Shown here piece after piece: positions 20,140-30,229 of a stretch of 64,000 nt of DNA. The translations under genes and the position numbers were made by a program. The stretch's first letter is position 1. The number at the start of each line of letters is the position of its first letter. The notes under the pieces are model-generated. The model had not been told where the DNA came from. It ran no database searches and saw nothing but the letters and a program-made list of their open reading frames with translations. This DNA comes from Fibrobacterota bacterium (lineage in GTDB: Bacteria; Fibrobacterota; Fibrobacteria; UBA11236), in contig CANIEU010000009.1 in assembly GCA_947466585.1 (NCBI GenBank), positions 14,923 through 78,922 on the forward strand. Reading direction: 5' to 3'.

Positions 20140-20406
20140 CCGGGCTGCGACCGTCGTCCCGTGAAGGCGGGCAAGGCATCCAGTCAGCGTAGGGCCTTCC
20201 GAAAATACTCGCTCTCTGTTGGCGTTTCTTTGCAGTCTGGACCCCGGCCTTCGCCGGGGTGACGGATTAGCAGGAAAGGTGGCGAAGAAAAACAGGGAAC
20301 GACAGGGACGCCGGTGCGAGACCGAGGCCCGCTAGGCGGCCCGACGCAGACATACCGTTAGTATGGCGAGGAGGGCCAACGCCGCGGGACAAAGGTCGCA
20401 GCCCGG
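20140..20406. repeat. Composite palindromic element: 13-bp terminal inverted repeats enclosing a REP-like pair and a long hairpin
   Basis: CCGGGCTGCGACC (20140-52) / GGTCGCAGCCCGG (20394-406); CTGGACCCCGGCCTTCGCCGGGGTGACG at 20237-20264. Confidence 0.6.
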
Positions 20407-20417
20407 TGCCGGAGGGC

Positions 20418-20454
20418 AAAAGAAAATCCTCCAGCTTTGGGCTGGAGGATTTTC
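20418..20454 (-). terminator. Intrinsic terminator after ilvC
   Basis: GAAAATCCTCCAGC/GCTGGAGGATTTTC 14-bp stem, T-run on the minus strand. Confidence 0.85.
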
Positions 20455-20473
20455 GAGAATCACGAGACGAGGA

Positions 20474-21490
20474 TTAAACCTCTTTCGAATCGATCCACTT
20501 CATGTTCTTGCGAAGCTTGCGACCCACGACTTCGAGCGGGTGCTTCTTTTCCTTGGCTTCCCATGCGCGGAACTTCTTGCCACCGCTCTGGAGTTCCTTG
20601 AGGAAGTTCTTCGCGAAGGTGCCGTTCTGGATCTCCTTGAGGACCTTCTTCATCTCGGCCTTGGTCTTGGCGTTGACGATGCGCGGGCCGGTGACCATGT
20701 CGCCGTATTCGGCGGTGTTGGAAACGGAGTAGCGCATGTACGAGAGGCCACCCTGGTAGAACAGGTCGACGATGAGCTTGAGCTCATGCAAGCACTCGAA
20801 GTAGGCCAGCTCTTCCGGGTAGCCGCCTTCGGTGAGGGTCTCGAAGCCGGCCTTGACCAGTTCCGACACGCCGCCGCAGAGAACGGCCTGTTCGCCGAAC
20901 AAGTCGGTTTCGGTCTCGTTCTTGAAGCTGGTTTCGATGGCACCGGCGCGGAGGCCGCCCACACCGCGGGCGTGGGAGAGGGCAATGTCACGGGCTTTGC
21001 CGGAGGCGTTCTGCTGGATCGCGATCAAGCAAGGCACGCCGCCGCCCTTGAGGAATTCGCTGCGGACGAGGTGACCGGGTCCCTTGGGCGCGACCATAAT
21101 GACGTCGACATCCTTCGGGGGCTTGATGTTCTTAAAGTGGATATTGAATCCGTGCGAGAACACGAGCACCTTGCCCTTGGTGAGGTGGGGAAGGATGTCG
21201 GTCTCATAGACCGCCTTCTGCACTTCGTCGGGGAGGAGAATTTGGATCACGTCGGCCTTGGCAGCCGCTTCGGTGGCCGACACGAGCGTGGTACCGGCCT
21301 TGAAGCCGTGCTTGAGGGCGAGCTTGTAGTTGGCCGAACCCTTGCGCTGGCCGATGATGACCTTGACGCCGCTGTCGCGGAGGTTCTGCGCCTGGGCGTG
21401 GCCCTGGCTTCCGTAACCGATGACGGCTACCGTCTTGCCCTTGAGTGCTGCGCCCGTGCTGTCTTTGCTCGTGTAAACCTTCAATGCCAT
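20474..21490 (-). CDS. ilvC: Ketol-acid reductoisomerase
   Basis: [40 protein letters not shown] and [14 protein letters not shown] motifs. Confidence 0.97.
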   Translation of the reverse strand: MALKVYTSKDSTGAALKGKTVAVIGYGSQGHAQAQNLRDSGVKVIIGQRKGSANYKLALKHGFKAGTTLVSATEAAAKADVIQILLPDEVQKAVYETDILPHLTKGKVLVFSHGFNIHFKNIKPPKDVDVIMVAPKGPGHLVRSEFLKGGGVPCLIAIQQNASGKARDIALSHARGVGGLRAGAIETSFKNETETDLFGEQAVLCGGVSELVKAGFETLTEGGYPEELAYFECLHELKLIVDLFYQGGLSYMRYSVSNTAEYGDMVTGPRIVNAKTKAEMKKVLKEIQNGTFAKNFLKELQSGGKKFRAWEAKEKKHPLEVVGRKLRKNMKWIDSKEV

Positions 21491-21612
21491 GGTCGAAACC
21501 TTTCGCGGAGTTAGGGGCGGAATAGTAGTAAAACGGGGGGAGCGGGGCATCCTGTTCAGGGGGCTGAAAACAGGCGCCTTCCGAGGCCGTTTCCGAGGTA
21601 ACTTTTCCCCCC

Positions 21613-22989
21613 ATGTTCGAACAGCTAACCGACAAACTGGACAACGTGTTCCGCCGCCTACGCGGGCAACACCAAATTACCGAAGAAAACGTCTCCGAAT
21701 CGCTCCGCGAAGTACGGGTGGCCTTGCTGGCCGCCGACGTGCACTTTCAGACGGTCAAGGAGTTCATCGCCGCAGTGAAGGCCAAGGCGCTAGGTGCCGA
21801 GGTGTTGGCCTCTGTGAGTCCGGGGCAGATGATCGTCAAGATCCTGCATGACGAAATGGTGACCTTGCTCGGTGGCCAATCCGAGGAGCCCCGTTTTGCG
21901 GGCAGCCCCCCGGTCGGCATTTTGATGATGGGTTTGCAGGGCTCGGGTAAAACCACCGCTTCGGGCAAACTGGCTATGTTGTTGCGCGACAAGTGGCATC
22001 GCAAGCCCCTATTAGTGGCGTGCGACGTGTACCGCCCCGCAGCCATCGAACAGCTCAAGGTGCTGGGGGCACAGCTTGGGGTGCCGGTGTACGACGAAGG
22101 CCTCGGTGATCCGGTGCGCATCGCGAAGAACGGATTGCAGGCCGCCCGCGAGCAGGGCTGCGACACGGTGATCTTCGACACCGCGGGCCGCTTGCAGATC
22201 GACGACGACCTCATGATCGAGCTGGAGAAAATCCAGGCGGCCGTGAAGCCTTCGGAGCGGTTCTTCGTCGCCGATGCGATGACCGGTCAAGAGGCGGTGA
22301 ACGTCGCCAAAACCTTTAACGACCGTCTCGACTTCACCGGTGTGATTTTAACCAAGATGGACGGCGATGCGCGCGGTGGTGCGGCCCTGTCGGTGAAATC
22401 GGTTACCGGCAAGCCGGTGCGCTACGTGGGTACAGGCGAAAAACTCGACGCGCTCGAACTTTTTCATCCCGACCGTATGGCTTCGCGCATCCTCGGCATG
22501 GGCGACGTGCTCACGCTCGTTGAAAAGGCGCAGGAAGTTTACGACGAGAAGGAAGCCAAACAGCTTCAAAAGAAGATGATGGGGAACAAGTTCGACCTGA
22601 ACGACTTCCTCATGCAGTTGCGCCAAATGAAAAAGATGGGATCGATGGCCGACATGATGGCGATGATCCCCGGCATGGGCAAGCTCGCGAACGCCAAAGT
22701 GGACGAGAGCAAACTCAAATACACCGAGGCCATTCTCAGTTCGATGACGGCGAAGGAACGCATCAGCCCGAAGATCATCGACGGGCGTCGCCGCTTCCGC
22801 ATCGCCGCCGGCAGCGGCACCACCTTGCAGGAAGTGAATCAGGTGCTCAAGCAGTTCGAGCAGATGCAGAAGATGATGAAGCAAGTTTCAGGCATGGCCG
22901 GCAAGGTGGGCGGCATGAAGCAGCTTCAAAAAATGATGCACAGTAAGGGCGGCGGCGGCGGTTTCCCCGGGCGATTCCCCGGAATGTAA
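21613..22989 (+). CDS. ffh: Signal recognition particle protein
   Basis: [14 protein letters not shown] and [10 protein letters not shown] motifs; Met-rich M domain. Confidence 0.97.
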   Translation: MFEQLTDKLDNVFRRLRGQHQITEENVSESLREVRVALLAADVHFQTVKEFIAAVKAKALGAEVLASVSPGQMIVKILHDEMVTLLGGQSEEPRFAGSPPVGILMMGLQGSGKTTASGKLAMLLRDKWHRKPLLVACDVYRPAAIEQLKVLGAQLGVPVYDEGLGDPVRIAKNGLQAAREQGCDTVIFDTAGRLQIDDDLMIELEKIQAAVKPSERFFVADAMTGQEAVNVAKTFNDRLDFTGVILTKMDGDARGGAALSVKSVTGKPVRYVGTGEKLDALELFHPDRMASRILGMGDVLTLVEKAQEVYDEKEAKQLQKKMMGNKFDLNDFLMQLRQMKKMGSMADMMAMIPGMGKLANAKVDESKLKYTEAILSSMTAKERISPKIIDGRRRFRIAAGSGTTLQEVNQVLKQFEQMQKMMKQVSGMAGKVGGMKQLQKMMHSKGGGGGFPGRFPGM

Positions 22990-23355
22990 GGGTGGCGGCC
23001 GTCCGCACTGCTTAGAAGGATTCCTTTGGCTTTTTGCGTGGAGCCGAGGTTGCAGTCTTCGGCGTCTTTGTTTCCGTCGATGCCGGCCAAATTGCAGACT
23101 CCGGGTTTGCGGAAAGAGGTCTCGGCTGGGGCCGAGAATAATTGGCTACCGAAAGCGGAAAACGGGCGAACGGAAAAAAACCGGGTTGATCGAGCCCGAC
23201 CGGCAACAAAATGTCATCGCCGGCTTCCAGCTGTTTGTCTGATTTTTGATGCGCCATGGTTTGTTCGCTCCTCATTCGAATGTTCCCGGAATTCTTCGGA
23301 TACCGGGTTGCCCCGGCAGGTTCTCGAACCCCGCTGCGTCGGCTATGCGGTCGAT

Positions 23356-24261
23356 CTAGCCGTACTTCTTGTTGAAATCGTCCACGGCCGTTTTGCATTG
23401 CTGCGTGGCGGGCCAGGCATTGGGCCAAAAGCACAGGTCTATGGTCCACCAGTCGTGCTTCACGCCGCCGTGCTGGGTTAGCTCCTGTAGCACCGGTCCG
23501 AAGTCGACATTGCCGTTGCCGATGGGCGTGTGCGTGCTGGTGCCGTGTTCATTGAGCGAACCATCGCAGTCGATCAATTGGATGGCGTTGATCTTGCCGC
23601 GCAGTTTTTTGGCCAGATCTAATACGCCGCCTTCGGAGACTTCTCTCTCACCGCCGGTCTGACGTAGGCCCACCACGGCGCAGGTATAGGCGTGGCAGGT
23701 GTCGAACATGGCGCCAAAGTTGGGTTCCTGCACCGCATCCACGATTTCGATGATGTCGCTGGGGCGGTTGAAGATGAAGCCGGGTTCGAACTCCCAGGTC
23801 ACGTCGATGCCCATGTCGGCGGCCATGCGGCACACCTGTTTCCAGGTCTTCACGATGCGGTCGCGCGCCACGTCCTTGCCAATGGTGTCCATCAGTTCGG
23901 GCGGTTGCACGGTGTCGACGCGGAACAGTGTGATGCCGAGATCCTTGGCGAACTCCAGATTCTTGCGCACCGTGGCGAGGTAGGCCTTGCCGCCGTCTTC
24001 GGCGTCCACCAGATGCTCGCTCCACATGTCACCGGCGATGCCCGAGAACTGCAGGCCATTCGACTCGACGAGATCCTTGAGGGTTTGACGCGATTCCTTG
24101 GTGGGATGATTGTCGGGTTTGGGATGCGATCCGAACGCGCCGAGTTCGAGGCCGTCGAACTTCATGTCGCTGAGTCCTTCGACAACGGTGCGGAAGGGAA
24201 TGGGTTTCTCGGCGTAGGGGCCCACGGAATAGGCCCATGTTCCGATCGATACCTTGTGCAT
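23356..24261 (-). CDS. Sugar phosphate isomerase/epimerase (xylose-isomerase-like TIM barrel)
   Basis: WEFEPGF, DTCH and H.P.G.G.VD motifs; AGGAG RBS before ATG 24261. Confidence 0.85.
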   Translation of the reverse strand: MHKVSIGTWAYSVGPYAEKPIPFRTVVEGLSDMKFDGLELGAFGSHPKPDNHPTKESRQTLKDLVESNGLQFSGIAGDMWSEHLVDAEDGGKAYLATVRKNLEFAKDLGITLFRVDTVQPPELMDTIGKDVARDRIVKTWKQVCRMAADMGIDVTWEFEPGFIFNRPSDIIEIVDAVQEPNFGAMFDTCHAYTCAVVGLRQTGGEREVSEGGVLDLAKKLRGKINAIQLIDCDGSLNEHGTSTHTPIGNGNVDFGPVLQELTQHGGVKHDWWTIDLCFWPNAWPATQQCKTAVDDFNKKYG

Positions 24262-24441
24262 CTGCTCTGTCTCCTGAATCAAAAGTGGTGACGTCTAGTG
24301 ATTGTACCGGAAATCAGCGCGCGATGTGGTAGTAATTGCGGAACTATGGGTATTATTTCGGCGTCGAAACAAACCGACTTCCGTCGCCATCCGTTGCGAG
24401 GGAGGCCAAAAGTTGTATCATAAGGGTATTTTTCGGGCACT

Positions 24442-25191
24442 ATGAAACCAGACGTTTTCAAACGGGAGTTCCTCGATTCGCTTGACAGTCTCGGCGGACT
24501 GGAGGAGTTGTTCGAGAACCTTCCCAACCTTTGGTTCTTCGTGAAGGATACCGAAGGGCGTTTTATTACGGCCAATCAGAACGTGGTCAAGATGTGCGGG
24601 CAGCGCACAGTGGCCGACTTGGTGGGGCGCACCGACTTCGAGTTCTTTCCCAAGCACAATGCGGAAGCCTTTCAGCGCGATGATCTGTCGGTGGTCAAGT
24701 CCGGGGTGAAGATCGTGGACCGAGTCGAACCGATCTCGAACGAAGACGGCAGCATCCGGTGGTACACGACCAACAAGATTCCGCTGTTCGGCCGCGACGG
24801 TTCCGTGATCGGCGTGGCGGGCACAACCCGGGAACTCGATGCAGACCACAACCCCGACCCGGTGTACGCCGAGTTTTCGGGGGTGATCGACCATATCAAC
24901 AGGAACTTTTCACAATCCATTGAAATTGAAAGCCTTGCAAAAATGATGTCGCTCTCGGTCAGCCAGTTCGAGCGGCGGTTCAAGGCGGTTTTCCAGGAAG
25001 CTCCGGTACGGTTCATTTTGAAAATCCGAGTGAGCGAGGCCTGTAAACAGCTGGTCAACTCGCGCAAGCCGGTGTCGTGGATCGCCCGGGCAACGGGGTT
25101 TTTCGACCAGAGCTATTTCTCAAAGCAGTTCTCCCGTCGCATGGGGGTGACGCCGCGCCAGTATCGGGAGAAGTATTACCAAGGGTCTTGA
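24442..25191 (+). CDS. AraC-family regulator with an N-terminal PAS domain
   Basis: FFVKD.EGRF...N and GRTDFEFFP (PAS); GFFDQSYFSKQF..G.TP (AraC HTH). Confidence 0.9.
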   Translation: MKPDVFKREFLDSLDSLGGLEELFENLPNLWFFVKDTEGRFITANQNVVKMCGQRTVADLVGRTDFEFFPKHNAEAFQRDDLSVVKSGVKIVDRVEPISNEDGSIRWYTTNKIPLFGRDGSVIGVAGTTRELDADHNPDPVYAEFSGVIDHINRNFSQSIEIESLAKMMSLSVSQFERRFKAVFQEAPVRFILKIRVSEACKQLVNSRKPVSWIARATGFFDQSYFSKQFSRRMGVTPRQYREKYYQGS

Positions 25192-25427
25192 CTTGCTTCT
25201 GCGGGGGTGGTGTCAAATTCCGGTCCGTTCATTTGATTCATTACAGGAATCGTCCGGCGCATAAATTTCGCCGAAAAGTCGAATTCGGTCCCGATTCAAG
25301 CGGCAAAAAAAGCGCCTCCGGCATAGATTCAGCAATACGTGAGGGGGTCCATCGATCCCCTTGTTCCGATCCGTACCATCCGGATCTTCAGGATCGTATG
25401 CGGGGGTTTTCCCCGGGAGAGTTTCAA

Positions 25428-27248
25428 ATGCATCACAATCATTTTTTTACCACCGCATTTACTGCGACTGCATTTGCCACCGTGCTCGGACTTTCGATTC
25501 CGGCGAGCGCCCAGTTTACTTACAACGGTTGTTCCGCGCTCTCTTCCTCCGAATTTTCGAGTCAGGAACTCTTCAACCGGCGCGGCGGAGCGGGTTTGCT
25601 CACGCCCTTCGCCCGTGACTCGGTCGCCGAACCCACCTACATGGCGGTGCAGGGAATCTATAGCGGCGACAGCGTGATCGGCACGAACGTGTACTTCGTC
25701 GAACGCAAGGGCAAGGTCAAGTTTTACGACGGCGTTGCCAAGCGCGTCGACAGTGTCGGCTACATCCCCAACTGGGCGGGCCAATCGGGTGCAGGCAACA
25801 ATAACGACAACGGCCTGATGGGTATCGCTCTAGATCCCGCCTTCGCGACCAACAAGCGCATCTATTTCTGGTACTCGCCTACACTCAGCAACACAAGCGC
25901 GAACCGGCGCCTGCGTCTCTCGCGCATCACTCTGAACGACCAGAACAAGCTAAACATGGCCTCCGAACAGATTCTGATCGACATCAAGGCCAGCAAAACC
26001 GACCAATGGCACAGCGGCGGCCCGATGACGTTCGACGCTTACGGTGACCTGTGGCTCACCATTGGCAACAACACCGTGGACGTCACCACCGGCGGGGGAC
26101 AGTACTCCACCACCGACAGCAGTGCCAGCGCCGAATGGGGCTCTTCGAATACCGCCAACCTCCGCGGCGGCGTGCTTCGCATCCACCCAGACGAATCCGT
26201 CCGCGGCTACACGATTCCCGCAGGTAACTTCGGCGAATACTGGGCCAACTATTTCGAGGGCAAGGGCAATACCACGCTCGCCGCGCAGTACCGCGACACC
26301 GCCCTTGTGAAGCCCGAGATCTACGTGAAGGGTACGCGCAGCAACTATTCCATCGCCGTGCATCCCACGCGCCGTTGGCTCGCCTGGGGCGAGGTGAATT
26401 ACAACGCCGCCGACGACGAGTTCAATCTGCTCTCGGCCCCCGCCTTCACAGGCTTCCCTTACTGGCATGGCAACAACGTGGTACTTCCGCGACCAGGCAC
26501 CGTGGCCGCCAAAGACACCGCCGCGCCCACCAACCTCTCGCCTTTCAACTCGGGAGTCACAACCCTGCCGCCGGTCAAACGCCCGGTGATGTGGTACGGT
26601 ACCTCCATCACCGCAACCACGCTGAGCAACAGCAACGTGGCCATCGGCGGCCCCATCTACGTCTATGACGCTTCGCTCAAGGCCGCGGGCAAATTCCCGC
26701 CGCACCTGCATCATCACTGGGTGACCATGAGCGAGCTCAGCAGCCAGATGTGGATCACCGGACAGATCGATTCCTCCACGGTGACGCTCACGGGTACACC
26801 CACACGCGTCGACAACGGCATCTTCAACAAAACCTTGCGCCAGCCCATTCAGGCGCAGTTCGGCCCCGATGGCGCACTGTACGTGTTGTTCTATGGCAGC
26901 GGGTCCAACTACGCCATCGGCAACTCGGGCGTGGTGCGCATCGCCTACACCGGAACCTGCTTGCCCGTTGGCACCGCCATCCGCAACGACCGCCTCGCCG
27001 GCGGTGTCGAGGGTTCGCGCATCGCCGTCTCGTTTGAAGGCAATGCGCTTCGCATCCAGGAACCAGGCAACCACGTGTTCACGCTGCAAGACGTTTCGGG
27101 CCGCGAATTGTTCCGCCGCAACGGAGCGATGGGTGCGGAGTACCGTCTCGACGCACTGCGCGGCAACCTGAACCTGGGCACCGGCGTTTACACCCTGCGG
27201 GTGCGCACCAACCGCGGCACTTTCGTCCGCAACGTCTCGTTCTTTTAA
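25428..27248 (+). CDS. Secreted PQQ-dependent glucose/sorbosone-dehydrogenase-like beta-propeller with T9SS-type C-terminal domain
   Basis: Signal peptide ending ASA|Q; GLMGIALDP.F, HSGG, LRG.VLRI.P and FGPDGALY motifs; C-terminal DVSGR...GVYTLRV. Confidence 0.8.
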   Translation: MHHNHFFTTAFTATAFATVLGLSIPASAQFTYNGCSALSSSEFSSQELFNRRGGAGLLTPFARDSVAEPTYMAVQGIYSGDSVIGTNVYFVERKGKVKFYDGVAKRVDSVGYIPNWAGQSGAGNNNDNGLMGIALDPAFATNKRIYFWYSPTLSNTSANRRLRLSRITLNDQNKLNMASEQILIDIKASKTDQWHSGGPMTFDAYGDLWLTIGNNTVDVTTGGGQYSTTDSSASAEWGSSNTANLRGGVLRIHPDESVRGYTIPAGNFGEYWANYFEGKGNTTLAAQYRDTALVKPEIYVKGTRSNYSIAVHPTRRWLAWGEVNYNAADDEFNLLSAPAFTGFPYWHGNNVVLPRPGTVAAKDTAAPTNLSPFNSGVTTLPPVKRPVMWYGTSITATTLSNSNVAIGGPIYVYDASLKAAGKFPPHLHHHWVTMSELSSQMWITGQIDSSTVTLTGTPTRVDNGIFNKTLRQPIQAQFGPDGALYVLFYGSGSNYAIGNSGVVRIAYTGTCLPVGTAIRNDRLAGGVEGSRIAVSFEGNALRIQEPGNHVFTLQDVSGRELFRRNGAMGAEYRLDALRGNLNLGTGVYTLRVRTNRGTFVRNVSFF

Positions 27249-27265
27249 GCGCGCGGTAGAGTGAC

Positions 27266-28108
27266 ATGGCCAACATCCGTTTTACCTGCGAAACCTACGC
27301 CTGGATCATGTGCGGCGACACCTTTATCGGTAAGATCGATCACATGGCCGACACGGCTTCGCAAGCCGGTTTTCAGGGTCTAGAGCCCATGAACCTGCAA
27401 CTCGGGCCCTTCTGGGATCACGCCAAGTTGAAGGACGCGCTTGATGCCCGCAACATCCGGTTGTCCTCCGTGGCGCTGGTGTGCGACTGGTTGGGTGATG
27501 GCGAGTCCTCCGCCGAGCGCGCCGAAGCCGACAAGATGATGGATCTCATTCAGAGCTTTCCGTACGATGTGCTGCTCATGCCCGTGCAGATGCCGCAGAA
27601 GAACCGGGACAACCTCGACCTGCGCCAAAAGAACTTCATCACCTGCGTCAACGGGCTCGCCCGCCGCGCGGCAAACCGTGGCATCGTCAGTTCGTACCAC
27701 CCCAACTCGCCCGACGGCTCGATCTTCCGCACGCGCGAAGATTACGACAAGCTGTTGCCGCGCCTCGACCGCGATGCGCTGGGTTGGACTCCCGACGTCG
27801 GCCACATCGCCAAGGGCGGCATGGATCCGGTCGTGCTCATCCGCGAATACCGCAGCCTGGTGAACCATATCCACTTCAAGGATATGTTCGCTGACGGCAC
27901 CTGGGCTCAAACGGGTGAGGGCGACATCGACTTCAAAAGCGTCATCGATGATCTGGTCAAAACCGACTTCGCCGGCTGGGTTGTGTTCGAGGACGAATGC
28001 GATGACGCCATCGGCGACCCGGACGGGGTCACGCTCAAGGACGGCATCTACATCCGCGACACCGTAAAATCGTGGATTCCGGCGGAAGCCCTCGCATCAT
28101 TCAGCTGA
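27266..28108 (+). CDS. Sugar phosphate isomerase/epimerase (IolE-like TIM barrel)
   Basis: YHPNS, DVGH, HIHFKD, GEGDID and GWVVFE motifs. Confidence 0.85.
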   Translation: MANIRFTCETYAWIMCGDTFIGKIDHMADTASQAGFQGLEPMNLQLGPFWDHAKLKDALDARNIRLSSVALVCDWLGDGESSAERAEADKMMDLIQSFPYDVLLMPVQMPQKNRDNLDLRQKNFITCVNGLARRAANRGIVSSYHPNSPDGSIFRTREDYDKLLPRLDRDALGWTPDVGHIAKGGMDPVVLIREYRSLVNHIHFKDMFADGTWAQTGEGDIDFKSVIDDLVKTDFAGWVVFEDECDDAIGDPDGVTLKDGIYIRDTVKSWIPAEALASFS

Positions 28109-28323
28109 ATTCGACAGTTTTCGGCCCGATCCAGCCGTTTTAGAGGGGATTCGCGGGTTCAAAAGGGGAGAGGGTCGAATACCTTTCCGGGCGCAGCCGG
28201 GAACCGGTACCCCCTGGAGACTCGAAAACCCCGTAATTACGCAAAGAATACCGATCCTATCCTTGCAAATTCGTCCCCTTTTTCTACACTTTGCCCTCCA
28301 ATTCCGAATTCGGGAGTAATACT

Positions 28324-28881
28324 TTGGCCGTTGTCATTCGCCTCGCCCGCATGGGCAAAACGCACAAGCCGTTCTATCGCATCACCGTCGCGGACTCGCG
28401 TGCGGCCGCCACCGGCAAGTTCCTCGAGCAAATCGGACACTACGATCCGAACCTGAACCCGCCGGCCATCAAGGTCGACGAGGCCAGCGCGCTCAAATGG
28501 CTCAAGAACGGCGCCCAGCCGAGCGACACCGTGCGCTCGCTGTTCTACCGTCAGGGTTTGATGGAGAAGTCGACGCTGACCCGCAAGGGCAAGGCTTCGG
28601 CCGATTCCGCGCTCAAGACCCGCGAATCCTTCCAGGCCAAGAAGCCCAAGGTGCACAAGAAGGCCAAGGAGAAGGCAGAAGCCAACGCCAAGGCCGCTGA
28701 AGCCGCCGCTGCTGCTGAAGCCAAGGCTGCTGCTGAAGCCAAAGCCGCCGCCGAAGCTGCTGCTGCCGCAGAAGCCGCAGCCGCTACCGCTGCTGCTGAA
28801 GAAGCCAAGGCTGCTGCCGAAGCACCGGCCGCCGAAGCTCCCGCTGCTGCTGCTGAAGAAGCCGCTCCGGCCGCCGAGTAA
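28324..28881 (+). CDS. rpsP: 30S ribosomal protein S16 with a long Ala/Glu/Lys C-terminal extension
   Basis: TTG start after GGGAG; VVIRLARMG...PFYRITVADSR and GAQPSDTV motifs. Confidence 0.95.
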   Translation: MAVVIRLARMGKTHKPFYRITVADSRAAATGKFLEQIGHYDPNLNPPAIKVDEASALKWLKNGAQPSDTVRSLFYRQGLMEKSTLTRKGKASADSALKTRESFQAKKPKVHKKAKEKAEANAKAAEAAAAAEAKAAAEAKAAAEAAAAAEAAAATAAAEEAKAAAEAPAAEAPAAAAEEAAPAAE

Positions 28882-28909
28882 CGCATTCTCCGGTTCGCCG
28901 GAAATCTTT

Positions 28910-28940
28910 AAAGCCGTCGGAGCGATCCGGCGGCTTTTTT
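28910..28940 (+). terminator. Intrinsic terminator after rpsP
   Basis: AAAGCCGTCGGA-GCGA-TCCGGCGGC followed by T6. Confidence 0.85.
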
Positions 28941-28986
28941 GTTGCCCCCGGATTCCAAAAGCCGAATTCTTAACTTCCAGCACGTC

Positions 28987-29589
28987 ATGAAATCCTATCA
29001 CATCACCTTGGGCATCCTCGCGCTGTTCCTGCTGGTATCCTTCCCGGGTGCGCACGATCGCGTGACCTGGTGGCTTGAAGTCTTTCCGATCTTCCTGGCT
29101 GCGCCCGTGGTGTGGCATTTCGGACGCAGCGGGCGACTCAGCCCGTTTCTGCAGGGTGTGATCGTCTTCCACGCGCTCATCCTCTGTATCGGCGGTCATT
29201 ACACCTACGCGCTCGCGCCGCCGGGGGAGTGGGTCCGCGATCTAGGCATCGGAATGCGCAACAACTACGACAAGCTCGGGCATTTCATGCAGGGCGTCAC
29301 CCCGGTGATCGCGATCCGCGAAATCCTGATGAGGCAGAATCGCTGGGAGCCGAATACAGGCTTCATGGCCACGCTGGCTGTGCTCGCCGCAGGCGGCATC
29401 AGTGCCGTATACAAGGTTGTGGAAATGATCGCCGCCTTGGTTATGGGCGGCGGGGCCGATGCCTTTTTGGGGACGCAAGGTTTTGTTTGGGACACCCAAA
29501 CCGACATGGCCACCGCCTTGGTCGGCGCCCTATTCGCGGTGTTGTTGTTCTCCAAAACGCACCTGCGCTCTATGACTGCTTCCGAATAG
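28987..29589 (+). CDS. DUF2238 (YjdF-like) membrane protein
   Basis: DRVTWWLE, GGHYTYA, RNNYDKLGHF and FLGTQG..WDTQ.DM motifs. Confidence 0.88.
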   Translation: MKSYHITLGILALFLLVSFPGAHDRVTWWLEVFPIFLAAPVVWHFGRSGRLSPFLQGVIVFHALILCIGGHYTYALAPPGEWVRDLGIGMRNNYDKLGHFMQGVTPVIAIREILMRQNRWEPNTGFMATLAVLAAGGISAVYKVVEMIAALVMGGGADAFLGTQGFVWDTQTDMATALVGALFAVLLFSKTHLRSMTASE

Positions 29590-29599
29590 CGAATTCCGA

Positions 29600-29697
29600 T
29601 CCGCCGAAGGTGGATCGATCTTCGGCGGACTTCGGGGCTTCGCCCCTCAGCTTCCAACAACCTACTACCTACTACCTCCTACCTACTACTTTTTACC
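29600..29697. repeat. REP-like double hairpin followed by a solo heptamer arm (TACTACC)n
   Basis: 29623-29651 matches 46680-46708 at 27/29; TACTACC-type units at 29656-29697. Confidence 0.7.
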
Positions 29698-29698
29698 T

Positions 29699-30226
29699 AT
29701 GCCTGTTCTTCCTAACGATTACACGCTTGTCGGCGTCTTGCAAAAACCCTACGGCCTGCTCGGCGACATGAAGGTGCGCCCTGAGACCTTCGACTTCGCT
29801 CGTCACGAAACCCTCAAGCGGGTCTTCGCCCGCAACCACGCCGGTGACATCACCGAGCTCGAGGTGCGCGCCACGCGCGGCGACAGTCAGTTCTGGTATC
29901 TCAAGTTCGAAGGTCGCCGCACCCCCGAATCGCTAATCGAATTGTGCGGTCAGGAGCTGTTGATCGACTCTGCGGAGCGTTTGCCGCTTCCCGAGGGCAT
30001 GGTGTACTTCTCCGAGCTGCCGGGCATGCGCGTGCACGACGAGCGCGGCGAAGACATCGGCGAAATTCTCGAAGTGCGTGAAACCGGACCGGTGGAATAT
30101 CTCGCGGTGCGTTCGGTCAAAGGCGAACTCCTGGTTCCCTGGACCGACCACTTCGTCAAGAAAATCGACAAGCAAACCCGTATCGTGCACATGGATTTGG
30201 CCGAGTTGCGCGGCGTGATCCTCTAG
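29699..30226 (+). CDS. rimM: Ribosome maturation factor RimM
   Basis: VG...PYGLLG.MKV N-terminus, PRC-barrel C-terminus; sits between rpsP and trmD. Confidence 0.9.
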   Translation: MPVLPNDYTLVGVLQKPYGLLGDMKVRPETFDFARHETLKRVFARNHAGDITELEVRATRGDSQFWYLKFEGRRTPESLIELCGQELLIDSAERLPLPEGMVYFSELPGMRVHDERGEDIGEILEVRETGPVEYLAVRSVKGELLVPWTDHFVKKIDKQTRIVHMDLAELRGVIL

Positions 30227-30229
30227 CCC

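Noticed and set aside
22990..23355. ORFs 23012-23449 and 23026-23481, or an SRP RNA after ffh
   Set aside because: No coding signature, and no SRP domain IV (CAGG..GNAA..AGCAG) motif seen.
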